Under the pieces are notes generated by a model, which saw nothing but the letters and a program-made list of their open reading frames with translations, had not been told where the DNA came from and made no database searches. Of a stretch of DNA of 64,000 nt, positions 27,782-36,000 are shown piece by piece. Both the position numbers and the translations under genes were made by a program. This DNA comes from a virus. Within the stretch, counting starts at the first letter, position 1. Each line of letters opens with the position of its first letter. Location of the stretch: IMG/VR virus record IMGVR_UViG_3300044984_001421, positions 21,368 to 85,367 of that record; one strand, given 5' to 3'.

Positions 27782-28002
27782 GCGAGAAAAACACAGGCGG
27801 GCCGGCGTTTCCGTTTGCATTTGCAGATGAAGACCGGGTTAGTGATGGCATGACCATGCGCGATTACTTCGCGGCGAAGGCGATACCTTACGCACAAGAA
27901 TCAGGTTTCTATGACAAAACAAAGCCTGGAACTTGGGCAGAACAGGTTGCGGTTGAGTGCTATGAGATGGCCGACGCAATGCTGAAAGCGAGGGAAGCAT
28001 GA
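27778..28002 (+). CDS. Conserved phage protein (GGPAFP...GMT.RDYFAAKA...ADAMLKAR type)
   Basis: Recognisable phage motif; GGAGG RBS. Confidence 0.75.
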   Translation: MSEKNTGGPAFPFAFADEDRVSDGMTMRDYFAAKAIPYAQESGFYDKTKPGTWAEQVAVECYEMADAMLKAREA

Positions 28003-28083
28003 GCCGGCCAGGACAAGGAACAGACATCAAGGTCGCCAGCCCGGCATGCCGGATGTTCGAGCAGAAATAACCGTTTTTTTATG

Positions 28084-28112
28084 TTGCTTTATAACAGTTT
28101 TGTTTGTACTGT
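28084..28112 (+). promoter_or_regulatory. Third promoter/operator copy; probably leaderless (ATG 28119 at +1)
   Basis: TTGCTT-17 nt-TACTGT with TAACA-GTTT-TGTTT. Confidence 0.65.
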
Positions 28113-28118
28113 AAGCGC

Positions 28119-28313
28119 ATGGACAGAAAAACAGCCATCCAGGTAATCAAGGTCGCCGGATACCACGGTGATACGAAAACATTCATGCGGACCTACTGCG
28201 AGAACAGGATCAGCTTCGCCGTCGCGGATAACTTCTTCCGCAAGGGTAAGCAAGCAAAGCTGGCCGGCATGAAGTGCGACTGCAACCAGTGCAAGAAGGA
28301 GAAAGGCGAATGA
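28119..28313 (+). CDS. Small basic protein with a C-terminal CxCxxC
   Basis: ATG 7 nt after the -10 element; coupled to the next gene. Confidence 0.6.
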   Translation: MDRKTAIQVIKVAGYHGDTKTFMRTYCENRISFAVADNFFRKGKQAKLAGMKCDCNQCKKEKGE

Positions 28314-28546
28314 GCACGCACACGGTCTTACAGTGCCACAAAACCAAGTGGCACAAGAATCCGGTGTCAGGTCACGAATGGCCTGAATTCACGTTCATCA
28401 ACCGCTGGCAAGTTCAGGGCGGTGTGGCGCTTGGCGAAGTCTTCTTCAGCGAGAAAGCTGCGCAGAAGCATGCCGACTTCCTCAACAAGTTCTGCCCGCC
28501 TGAATACATCAAGCGCATCCAGGCGATAACTGCACCGAAGGAGTGA
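28310..28546 (+). CDS. Hypothetical protein
   Basis: ATGA overlap; RBS. Confidence 0.55.
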   Translation: MSTHTVLQCHKTKWHKNPVSGHEWPEFTFINRWQVQGGVALGEVFFSEKAAQKHADFLNKFCPPEYIKRIQAITAPKE

Positions 28547-28547
28547 C

Positions 28548-28895
28548 ATGGACAACAACAAGACCGCACTCATGCTATCCCAGGCCATACCGATGGGAGA
28601 GCACGACAACCCGCACGGAGAATGGATTCGGGTCCGTCTCGACGTTGTTCTTGACGCCATCGAGCAACTCAAAGACGCGGCACGTTACCGCTGGCTGATG
28701 GAGCGGATGCAGGAAGTCTATGACGGCGCTAACTATGACATTGGTCATGTCGACATAAGCTGCATGATGATCTTCGGCCGCAAAGAAGTGCGTCGCGTGT
28801 CGGCAGAAATTAGCTGGTTCGATGAGCGAGACGAAGACCTCAACTTGAGCTCGGCAATTGACCGCGAACTCCAACAACCAACAACAAAGGATTGA
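28548..28895 (+). CDS. Hypothetical protein (KDAARYRWL motif type)
   Basis: AAGGAG RBS; common phage motif. Confidence 0.65.
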   Translation: MDNNKTALMLSQAIPMGEHDNPHGEWIRVRLDVVLDAIEQLKDAARYRWLMERMQEVYDGANYDIGHVDISCMMIFGRKEVRRVSAEISWFDERDEDLNLSSAIDRELQQPTTKD

Positions 28896-28897
28896 AG

Positions 28898-29260
28898 ATG
28901 TGGATCGCACTTAATAACAGCTTCTTAAGCATTGTCCGAAAGCAGCCGCGCGACAAGTTCCTGACCGTCCGCGCCAGGGTTGCTGGCGACATTGAGCGCG
29001 TGTTCCCGGACGCTAAGGTCCAGGTCGGAGGCGGAACGGATTACAAGTTCCGCGCGCAGATCGGCGATAAGGTCGTGGCGGATGCCATCGCAAAGCAGAT
29101 CAAAGGCATCAGCTACGGCAACTTTAAGGACAGCGTGCAGGACGATGACCGGCACGATGCCTACTTCAACGTGTGGCGCGCGATGATGGCGATGCAGAAG
29201 ATGCCAGTCGACCACCGGCAAGATGCGATGTTTGACTTCTACGAAGACAGTGTCGATTGA
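28898..29260 (+). CDS. Conserved hypothetical protein (MWI...FLSIV...VRAR...DY.FRA...Y.NFK type)
   Basis: AAGGA RBS; recognisable motif pattern. Confidence 0.7.
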   Translation: MWIALNNSFLSIVRKQPRDKFLTVRARVAGDIERVFPDAKVQVGGGTDYKFRAQIGDKVVADAIAKQIKGISYGNFKDSVQDDDRHDAYFNVWRAMMAMQKMPVDHRQDAMFDFYEDSVD

Positions 29261-29262
29261 TT

Positions 29263-29326
29263 ACGCAACGCTGGCGTAACCGGCGCGCAGCGAAGCGGAG
29301 CGTCCGCGTTGACGCAAATGTTAGAA
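29263..29326 (-). repeat. attC site 1
   Basis: Minus strand TTCTAAC-ATTTG-CGTCAACG-CGGACGC...GCGCCG-GTTACGC-CAGC-GTTGCGT, with the extra C in L'' and extra A in GGACGC. Confidence 0.8.
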
Positions 29327-29344
29327 CTCAGGAGGGAATAGACC

Positions 29345-29551
29345 ATGCAACTCAGAGAGGGCGAAGTGGCTTTTGTGATGGCGCAAATTGCGCTGCTGAA
29401 CTGCGAAGTGGCTGGCATGCAGGCCGAAAACACGCACCGCCTGAACTGCGGAAATTCCGTTGCCTACGGCGCGGACGAGTTCGCGGCCGTGCGGCAGCAG
29501 TACGAGGCGCTGATCGGCAGCAACGCGATCTTAGAGATGGCGCGGTCATGA
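29345..29551 (+). CDS. Cassette 1 gene, hypothetical
   Basis: AGGAGG RBS; bounded by GTTAGAACTC (29320) and GAGTTCTAAC (29550). Confidence 0.7.
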   Translation: MQLREGEVAFVMAQIALLNCEVAGMQAENTHRLNCGNSVAYGADEFAAVRQQYEALIGSNAILEMARS

Positions 29552-29575
29552 GTTCTAACGAATGACGTGTTAGCC
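29552..29575 (-). repeat. Collapsed attC (outer R boxes only)
   Basis: GTTCTAAC-GAATGACGT-GTTAGCC; both R boxes match the far ends of the neighbouring cassettes. Confidence 0.6.
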
Positions 29576-29609
29576 ACGACACGCTAAAACGTGGCACCAC
29601 TGAGAGGAT

Positions 29610-29978
29610 ATGAACGTGCGAACTTTGACTGACCATAAGATTAACCCCGGCAATGACACGCTGACCATTACCGTGCTGGACGAACCTGGGCACGGTGGAG
29701 CAAACCACGCCTACGACATCGAAGGTGGCGAGGCGGTACCGACGCACCTGCGCTTTCAAAACGGCCCGATCAACGCGGACGGCAACGGCGTGAATGGCAT
29801 TACTCACGAGGCGTTGCTTGCGGTGCTGTGTGACCGCCTGCGTGGGTTCCAGGCGGGGCAGTATGCCTGCAAAGCGAACGCTTGCGCACTGACCCACCTG
29901 GAAGAAGCACAGCACTGGCTGCAACAGCGCACCATCGAGCGTATGCGGCGTGGCGTCGAAGGCACGCACACGGTTTGA
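29610..29978 (+). CDS. tad1: Tad1-family anti-defence sponge protein (anti-Thoeris/anti-CBASS)
   Basis: G.GGA.H.Y.I...FQ.GP...LL....DRL..FQAG....NACALTHLEEA..W...R...R..RGVEGT matches the Tad1 pattern as I recall it. Confidence 0.85.
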   Translation: MNVRTLTDHKINPGNDTLTITVLDEPGHGGANHAYDIEGGEAVPTHLRFQNGPINADGNGVNGITHEALLAVLCDRLRGFQAGQYACKANACALTHLEEAQHWLQQRTIERMRRGVEGTHTV

Positions 29979-30014
29979 TGTTATGGCCGGCATGACGACG
30001 CGAGAACTCATGCC

Positions 30015-30105
30015 GGCTAACGAACCAGCTAAGTGGCGCGCGTGACCAAGCCAAACGAAGCTGCGCCGGATGTTCGCGCGTCCCGCCTTGAGCGCCTTGT
30101 TGGGC
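30015..30105 (-). repeat. attC site 3 (long loop)
   Basis: Minus strand GCCCAAC-AAGGC-GCTCAAGG-CGGGACGCGCG...CGCGCGCCA-CTTAGCT-GGTTC-GTTAGCC. Confidence 0.85.
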
Positions 30106-30269
30106 TTCTCTGGGCGATCATCTGGCGTCGATGGATGACTGGGCCTGGCGGTCACAAGCGGCGAGTGGTGCGCGTTAAGGGGTGGCGCACAGCCATCGTC
30201 GAGAGCGACTGGGAAATGCGCGTGACGGTGACGCCGTGTTTCTCGGTTTTTGGATGGCGGTTCGATTGA
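30033..30269 (+). CDS. Cassette 3 gene, hypothetical; starts inside attC (GTG 30033 or 30042)
   Basis: Only ORF filling the cassette; stops just before the next core site. Confidence 0.5.
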   Translation: MARVTKPNEAAPDVRASRLERLVGLLWAIIWRRWMTGPGGHKRRVVRVKGWRTAIVESDWEMRVTVTPCFSVFGWRFD

Positions 30270-30273
30270 TGAC

Positions 30274-30341
30274 GCCGAACGCCTAGCTAACCGGCGCAGG
30301 CGGCCTTATCGCCTGCGTCCGGGTTGAGCGACGTGTTATGC
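30274..30341 (-). repeat. attC site 4
   Basis: Minus strand GCATAAC-ACGTC-GCTCAACC-CGGACGCAGGCG-ATAAGGC-CGCCTGCGCCG-GTTAGCT-AGGC-GTTCGGC. Confidence 0.87.
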
Positions 30342-30364
30342 CTTTGACAACGAAAGGATGCGCA

Positions 30365-31048
30365 ATGGAACACACAAAAGAGCGTTGGGAGTGGTCGGAG
30401 CACAAATTCAACGCGCCGCCGTTCGAGGGGACACTTGACCACGAATGCGGCATTTACCCACCAGACGGCGAGAGCGGCCCTGTGGCGATAGCCAGCGGGA
30501 AGAACGACGCACGGCGCATTGTGGCTTGCGTGAATGCTTGCGCCGGAGTGACGACGGAAGAACTTGAGCAGGGCGGGTTTGTTTCTGGACTGATTGAGCA
30601 GCGCGACGAGCTTGCAAAACTGTGCAACTACAACGAGCGCTTGATGCAGGACTGTTTGCGCCTGGCCGAAGAAGCGCCGCGCTGGCGTGATGTGGTTGAT
30701 GAGCTTCCGCAAGAGGCGCAAGAAGTGCTGTTTGTGCGTGACGGAAAGACAGTTCACGGCGCGTGGATTGGCGGGATATTCTGGCACAGCAACAAGAAGA
30801 TGGCCGCTGCGCAATGGATGCCACTGCCGAAACCGCCAACGGCGGCGCTTGCGAGACGGCGGCCTGTGGCGTGGATTCGGTTTTGCAGCGACGGATGCTA
30901 CGAGGGGCCGATCATGGACGCACAGATTGAAGATGTGCGAAAGCAAAGCGGGGCATGGACTCCGCTCTATAAGCACAACGACTTGCGACTGGTGCAGGTT
31001 GGTCCCTGCACATGCAGCGACCACGAATGCGGGGAGTGCATGCGATGA
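30365..31048 (+). CDS. Cassette 4 gene A: mosaic phage protein with a DUF551-like module
   Basis: NDARRIVACVNACAG motif; WRDVVDELP..AQEVL...QWMPLPKPP; AAGGA RBS. Confidence 0.7.
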   Translation: MEHTKERWEWSEHKFNAPPFEGTLDHECGIYPPDGESGPVAIASGKNDARRIVACVNACAGVTTEELEQGGFVSGLIEQRDELAKLCNYNERLMQDCLRLAEEAPRWRDVVDELPQEAQEVLFVRDGKTVHGAWIGGIFWHSNKKMAAAQWMPLPKPPTAALARRRPVAWIRFCSDGCYEGPIMDAQIEDVRKQSGAWTPLYKHNDLRLVQVGPCTCSDHECGECMR

Positions 31049-31287
31049 ACTTCGACGACTGGATGGCTACGCAAAACCCTAAGTACATGCCGACCGACGA
31101 CACTGTGGCGCTGAGGTTGCTGCGCGATTGCTGGAGAGCGGCGGAGTTCCACAGTGATAGAGCGCAGGAGCGCGAGCGGATGATTGCACTGATGCGAGAT
31201 AAGTGCAGGAAAGTCGGCGCTGACAGGACGGCGGCACCTCATGGGCGTTGCGGCATACCAGGAATGCTTGGACACCATGAGGCATAA
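31045..31287 (+). CDS. Cassette 4 gene B, hypothetical
   Basis: GGGGAG RBS; ATGA overlap; stop TAA lies within the core site GCATAAC. Confidence 0.55.
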   Translation: MNFDDWMATQNPKYMPTDDTVALRLLRDCWRAAEFHSDRAQERERMIALMRDKCRKVGADRTAAPHGRCGIPGMLGHHEA

Positions 31288-31318
31288 CGCATGAGACACA
31301 GCAGAATTGACGTATAAC
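31282..31318 (-). other. attI-like or insertion end of the cassette array
   Basis: Core GTTATGC (minus strand) with no attC hairpin and a direct GTTATAC repeat 30 nt upstream. Confidence 0.45.
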
Positions 31319-31335
31319 TGCGAAATCTAGATGTT

Positions 31336-32559
31336 TTACTTCATGCCAGCCTTGCTGATGACATCGTGATCTGCTTCGCTATCCAGATACAGATGAAGAT
31401 CTGACTCTGGAACAAGATGCGCTGCCTGGCTCTCCCAGCCAACGTCCGCAGGCGTTCCTCCGACACGAACCGCATGATAGTAGCGTGTTACAGATGACGT
31501 CCGGTCGACGTCACAGGCATAGCCTACGATCTTCACCTTCAGGCCGGATTCTTCGAACACTTCCTTGATGGCATTCGCCTGCCAGGACATCTCGTCCTCG
31601 ATTTTCCCTTTAGGGAACGTGTTTTTATAGCCGCCGAACTGGTTGGTCGGAGACACCAGCCAGACACGACCATCCGGCTCTTTGATGATGCAGCCTGATG
31701 CCGGCTTGAGTCCTTGCTTCAGATGCATGACAGGCTCGTCCAGGTCTTCCATCTGCCCTTCGACGTAATCCCACTCTTCGTCGGTCTTGGGATGATCCAG
31801 CCAGGGTGACAACGCGAGTCCGTTCAATTCGTCCGGGCAAGCGCCACCAGGGATGAACGTCGCCGTCTTCTTCTGGTCGTGCCAGGTTTCAGGCGCAGTC
31901 TGATGATTCGGGTTGTAGATCCCGACCGGCTTACCGTTGTCGCCGTTCTTCGGGTGGTAGACCTTGGGCGGCGCTTTCGGCAGCGTGTGGAACAGGAACG
32001 AGCCGCCACCCATGCCGTACTGCGGCGCGACAATCTTCTGGTGCGGCTGCGTACTCAGTTTCTTGATCTTGCCGGAGTCGGTGTGCTTGATGCGGAACAG
32101 CGATCCTTGGCGCTCGTAGTCCTTGACGACCGTGCCGTCCTTCTTTGTGTGACCGTGGACGTGCGACTTCGCCATCGTCTCGCCACCGGCAAGCATTTTG
32201 TCTACTGCCTTCTTTGCGTCTTCAATGCCGCCAGGATTCGCCCATGCCTGCGCACGGTAGTGGTCAGAGGACTTCTCTCCGGTGGATGGGTTGACGACCA
32301 GTTTGTAATCATGCCGGTCGAGTATCTCGAACACCGTGGTAACAGTTTTCTTCGTGCCAGCCTTCATCTGCCCAAACACAGATTTTGTTGCCTTTTTCGA
32401 GCCTTCACGCTTGAACACGCGCAACCGAAAGCCACGATACGGCTCGCCGACGTTGTGCTCAGTTCTTGAGTCCTCATGGGCGCGAACGGCTGTGCCGTCT
32501 TTGCGCACAAAGCCGTGGACGTGCGACTTCAACAACCCGGAGTCGGTGACAACGATCAT
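31336..32559 (-). CDS. Tagged polyprotein ending in a NUDIX hydrolase domain
   Basis: Two tags (LLKSHVHGFVRKDG, MAKSHVHGHTKKDG); Nudix box FPKGKIEDEMSWQANAIKEVFEESGL; ATGA overlap with the upstream gene. Confidence 0.85.
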   Translation of the reverse strand: MIVVTDSGLLKSHVHGFVRKDGTAVRAHEDSRTEHNVGEPYRGFRLRVFKREGSKKATKSVFGQMKAGTKKTVTTVFEILDRHDYKLVVNPSTGEKSSDHYRAQAWANPGGIEDAKKAVDKMLAGGETMAKSHVHGHTKKDGTVVKDYERQGSLFRIKHTDSGKIKKLSTQPHQKIVAPQYGMGGGSFLFHTLPKAPPKVYHPKNGDNGKPVGIYNPNHQTAPETWHDQKKTATFIPGGACPDELNGLALSPWLDHPKTDEEWDYVEGQMEDLDEPVMHLKQGLKPASGCIIKEPDGRVWLVSPTNQFGGYKNTFPKGKIEDEMSWQANAIKEVFEESGLKVKIVGYACDVDRTSSVTRYYHAVRVGGTPADVGWESQAAHLVPESDLHLYLDSEADHDVISKAGMK

Positions 32560-33050
32560 GCCGGCATCCTTTCTTCTGCTCCCATCAGAACTTTGACCGC
32601 GTACTGCAGCGACGGCTTGAGCATCACACCAAACAGCATGTCGTCGCCATCGGCCAGCTTCCACTTCTCGATAACCAGCGCAGCCAGCCAGTCGAACAGG
32701 ACCGCGACAGGATCATCGGCGAACTCATGCCGGTGAGCATGCCAATGCGGTCCCAGGTCAATCTTCAGCTTGTTGCCCAGCGTGAAGTCGTTATAGCCAT
32801 TGATGATGCTGTAACCAGGGTCACGCCCGGAGAAGATGCCGGCCAGACGGGTGATCTCAGAGCCAAGTTCAGCATGCGCAGAATCTCCCGGAACCTCTCC
32901 GGAAGACGCTGCCATGGCAATCGCTTCAACCTTGGCGGCGAATCCACCAACCAAGCCGGCGACTACATCAGGATTGCCAAGACTGGTCGCGCTTGACGGG
33001 TCCGAGAAGGCTCCTGGCGATACACGATAACGGTCTCTTTCTTGTCCCAT
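32556..33050 (-). CDS. Hypothetical protein between the kinase/ART polyprotein and NUDIX
   Basis: AAGGAG RBS; overlaps the 3' end of the giant gene. Confidence 0.6.
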   Translation of the reverse strand: MGQERDRYRVSPGAFSDPSSATSLGNPDVVAGLVGGFAAKVEAIAMAASSGEVPGDSAHAELGSEITRLAGIFSGRDPGYSIINGYNDFTLGNKLKIDLGPHWHAHRHEFADDPVAVLFDWLAALVIEKWKLADGDDMLFGVMLKPSLQYAVKVLMGAEERMPA

Positions 33051-36000
33051 TCCGAATTACTCCTTAACGATTTCGCCAGCGTCTGGCCTTTAAGTTGAGC
33101 CACGAAGCCAGTGTCTGGCGGCAGCATGATAACGTCGATGAATACGCCTTGCGGGTGGTTGTGACCGCCAGGCTGAACATCGACTACCAGATACCGCTGG
33201 CCCGGCAACGTTGTCAGTTCGCCCTCACTGCCGAGAGAGCCTGTGCCATACGTCGGCGTTGCTTTGCACCCTGCCGCGCAGCGAATCCGCATCTTGATCT
33301 GCTTGCCGTCCCCGTTCGTAAAGTGCGGCGAGTCGCCCCAGCTTTCGTGGAACGAGGTACACATCGAGTCCGTGTTCTGCAGTATAGCGCCCGGCTTGGT
33401 GGCGAGAAGCTGCTTGGTCATCGACTTGCCAGCCGTGTCGTCGTCCATCCATCGCCACATCTGCGTGCCTTCAGGAAGATCCACAGCGTCGTCGTAGATG
33501 CCAGCCGTCACCTTGTTGATCGGCGTCGAGTCGTATGACGACTTGCCATGCGACCACAGATGGTTTGCAGCACCAGAACCCTGCACACTTGAGATGTAGG
33601 TCTTGGTCGTGCTCCTGACCTTTTGATAGGCAGCCTTGAGCATTCCAGCGAACGATGTTCCTGACTTCTGCCAGAACCACTTCGTCCTTTTCAACAACGC
33701 GACAGCATCGCCTTCATCGATCTGGCACAACTTCATGAAGTACCCGAGACGGTGCTCCTGCGGGATTGTCGTCACGTTCTGGCCTGGCGCGAAAGAACCG
33801 ACCGCATCGGCAATCTCGCTGACCAGACCGAAGCTGCCAAGCGACGGCATCTCCAATGTTTCGACAGGAGGATAGCCAATCGACTGCAGCGTCTGGACCA
33901 GCGACGCCCACTGCTGCTGGATGTGGTTGGAAGGATGCTCTGTAATCGGCTTCTTGCCGATGGACTGGCCGGTCTCCTTGTCCACCGCGTCGTAGTGGTA
34001 ATCCTTCAACGCCTTCAGGTTGCCTTGCATGGCGAAGGCTGCCAGAGCCGCGCTGTCGGCGCTGTTTTTGTCGTTGACGTGCTGCTTCGAAGATACCGGC
34101 TTTCCGCCGTTCAGCGTGTTGAAGTCAAGCGGCGGCTTGATGTCGGCCGGGTCGACGGTCAGCTTTGTCTCATCGACCGGAGGCGTATCCCACTGGTCGA
34201 CAATTCCCATCTGCTTCAGGACGTCAGCGCGCCTGGCAATCAGCTTCTTGGCAAGCGCGGCCTTTTCCGCATCCGTGCCAGGCCCGGCAATTTTGCAGAG
34301 TTCTTCGATTTGCGACGGCTTCAACTTGTTCAACTGCTTGCCACCCCAGGCAATCGATGCGTCCGTAGCGCCGGCAAAGACCGCCGCAGCCTTGGCGTTC
34401 TTGCCGTAGTCCTTCATGGTCTTCAACTCGGCAACCGTGTCGCCGAAGTCCGCGCCCTTCTTGCCGCCCATGGCACGGTAGTCGAGCGAACCGCCCACGT
34501 CGATGCGGACAGCGCCGCCTGAACTGTTGAGCAGCAGGTTGTCGTTCGCCATGCCGACGACATCCCAGTTGCCGATCCAGGCGTCGATGGCGAATGCCTG
34601 GTGTGCGCCAGCTGCGCTGGCAAGATTCTCAGCGCTGCCCTTCTTCATCCCATCAACCCACTTCGAGGCGATACCCAGCTTGCCGTCCTTTTCGACCAGC
34701 TTCAGCGTCGGAACATCGACGCCAAGCATCTGGTAGAACTTGGCAGCCAGGAATTCGCTGCGCACCATTTCGGCGTCGGCCGGGAACTTGCAATACCACT
34801 CCTGCCCGCCTTTGTCCTTGAACTTTCCGCCAGGGTTTGAACCCAACTGCGGACCAGTCTGCGGCCAGGAATCCATTACCGAAACGTGGTCGCCAAGCTT
34901 TGACTTGGCAATCGAGATCGGCGCTGCCGGTTCAACTTTGTGCCAATGGCCGTTTTGGAACACCAGCATGCCATCCGCGCCCTGCTTGGTATCGCCGTCC
35001 TTCGGGCTGGCAGATTGAGCGGCAGTAGAACCCAGTGCAGCGGGGTCAACGCCTTCTGCTTCCGGATCGAACTTGCCAAGCGCAGCGGCATGCATTTGCT
35101 GGCAGAACTTGTAGAACTGTTGACGACGAACAAGCGTCGAGATCGATGTACATTTTCCTGTTTTGAATCCAGTGACGTTTTGCTTCGCCGAAACAGAGCC
35201 GTCGTTGTGGAAAGTGACGTACTGCTTCAACCCTGTAACTCCGCCATTCAATACTGCGTTCTTTATCGCAGTCGAGATGTTGACGTAGATTTTTGAGTTT
35301 TGATGCGGATCAAGCGTCTCGTAATCCGGTACCGGAACTGCCGCTATCTGCTGCGCCTTGGTCAGTTTTTTCTTCTTCTTGAAGACGATGACAATCGGCG
35401 GAATCTCGGTGGGTATTGGCTCGAAGCCGGAAGAGCCGACATAGCTGTAACCGTTTGCGCCCTTCATTCCGACCAGCTTGATCGCAGCCTTGACCGCCGC
35501 GTCGTTGCTGGCATGGACTTCGTCGCCGCTGTGGCCTTTCTGCCCGATCTTGCCGTAGGTCTTGGTCAAAACAGTGCCATGGACCTCGACCTTGTAGAAC
35601 TTGTTGTGCCCTGGTTTTTTGTTTTCCATGTGCGCAATCCACTTGTACCCGGTGGCAGGCTGCGCAGCAGGAGCCGCAGGAGCTGCAGCCACACCCTTGA
35701 TCTTGTCCAGCATTCCGGAATCCGGCATGTGAACGCCGAACATCTTGTCCAGCGTGTTGCGGACGTCGTTTTTGTCGAACGCGGACCATGGGCCAGAACC
35801 GCTACCATCGGCATCGGATGTGCCAATTTGGTACTCTTTCAGGTCATTGTCCCAGCCCACATAGATGGTTGATGTGGCTGTGTGCTCAAGCAGGATCACG
35901 TTGTTCCCGCTGAACCCTTCGTCGTTCATCGACACTTGCCAGGTGCCGGATGGCGCAGGAGCATCGGACGCTGCCGGCTTGGCCGATTCCTGCTCGGCCT

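Larger units (their letters stand above)
29263..31318 (-). mobile_element. Integron-type gene cassette array without integrase (CALIN-like), four cassettes
   Basis: Three full attC sites and one collapsed; each cassette is bounded by complementary core sites. Confidence 0.8.

Noticed and set aside
29257-29565. ORF 29257-29565 and minus-strand ORFs 29352-30155 and 30287-31024 as the real cassette genes
   Set aside because: They run across attC hairpins and lack RBS; the plus-strand ORFs have RBS and recognisable phage motifs
29974-29987. GTTTGATGTTATGG matches, from memory, part of the class 1 integron attI1 region
   Set aside because: Only 14 nt, overlapping the Tad1 stop codon, and the rest of attI1 is absent; treated as coincidence
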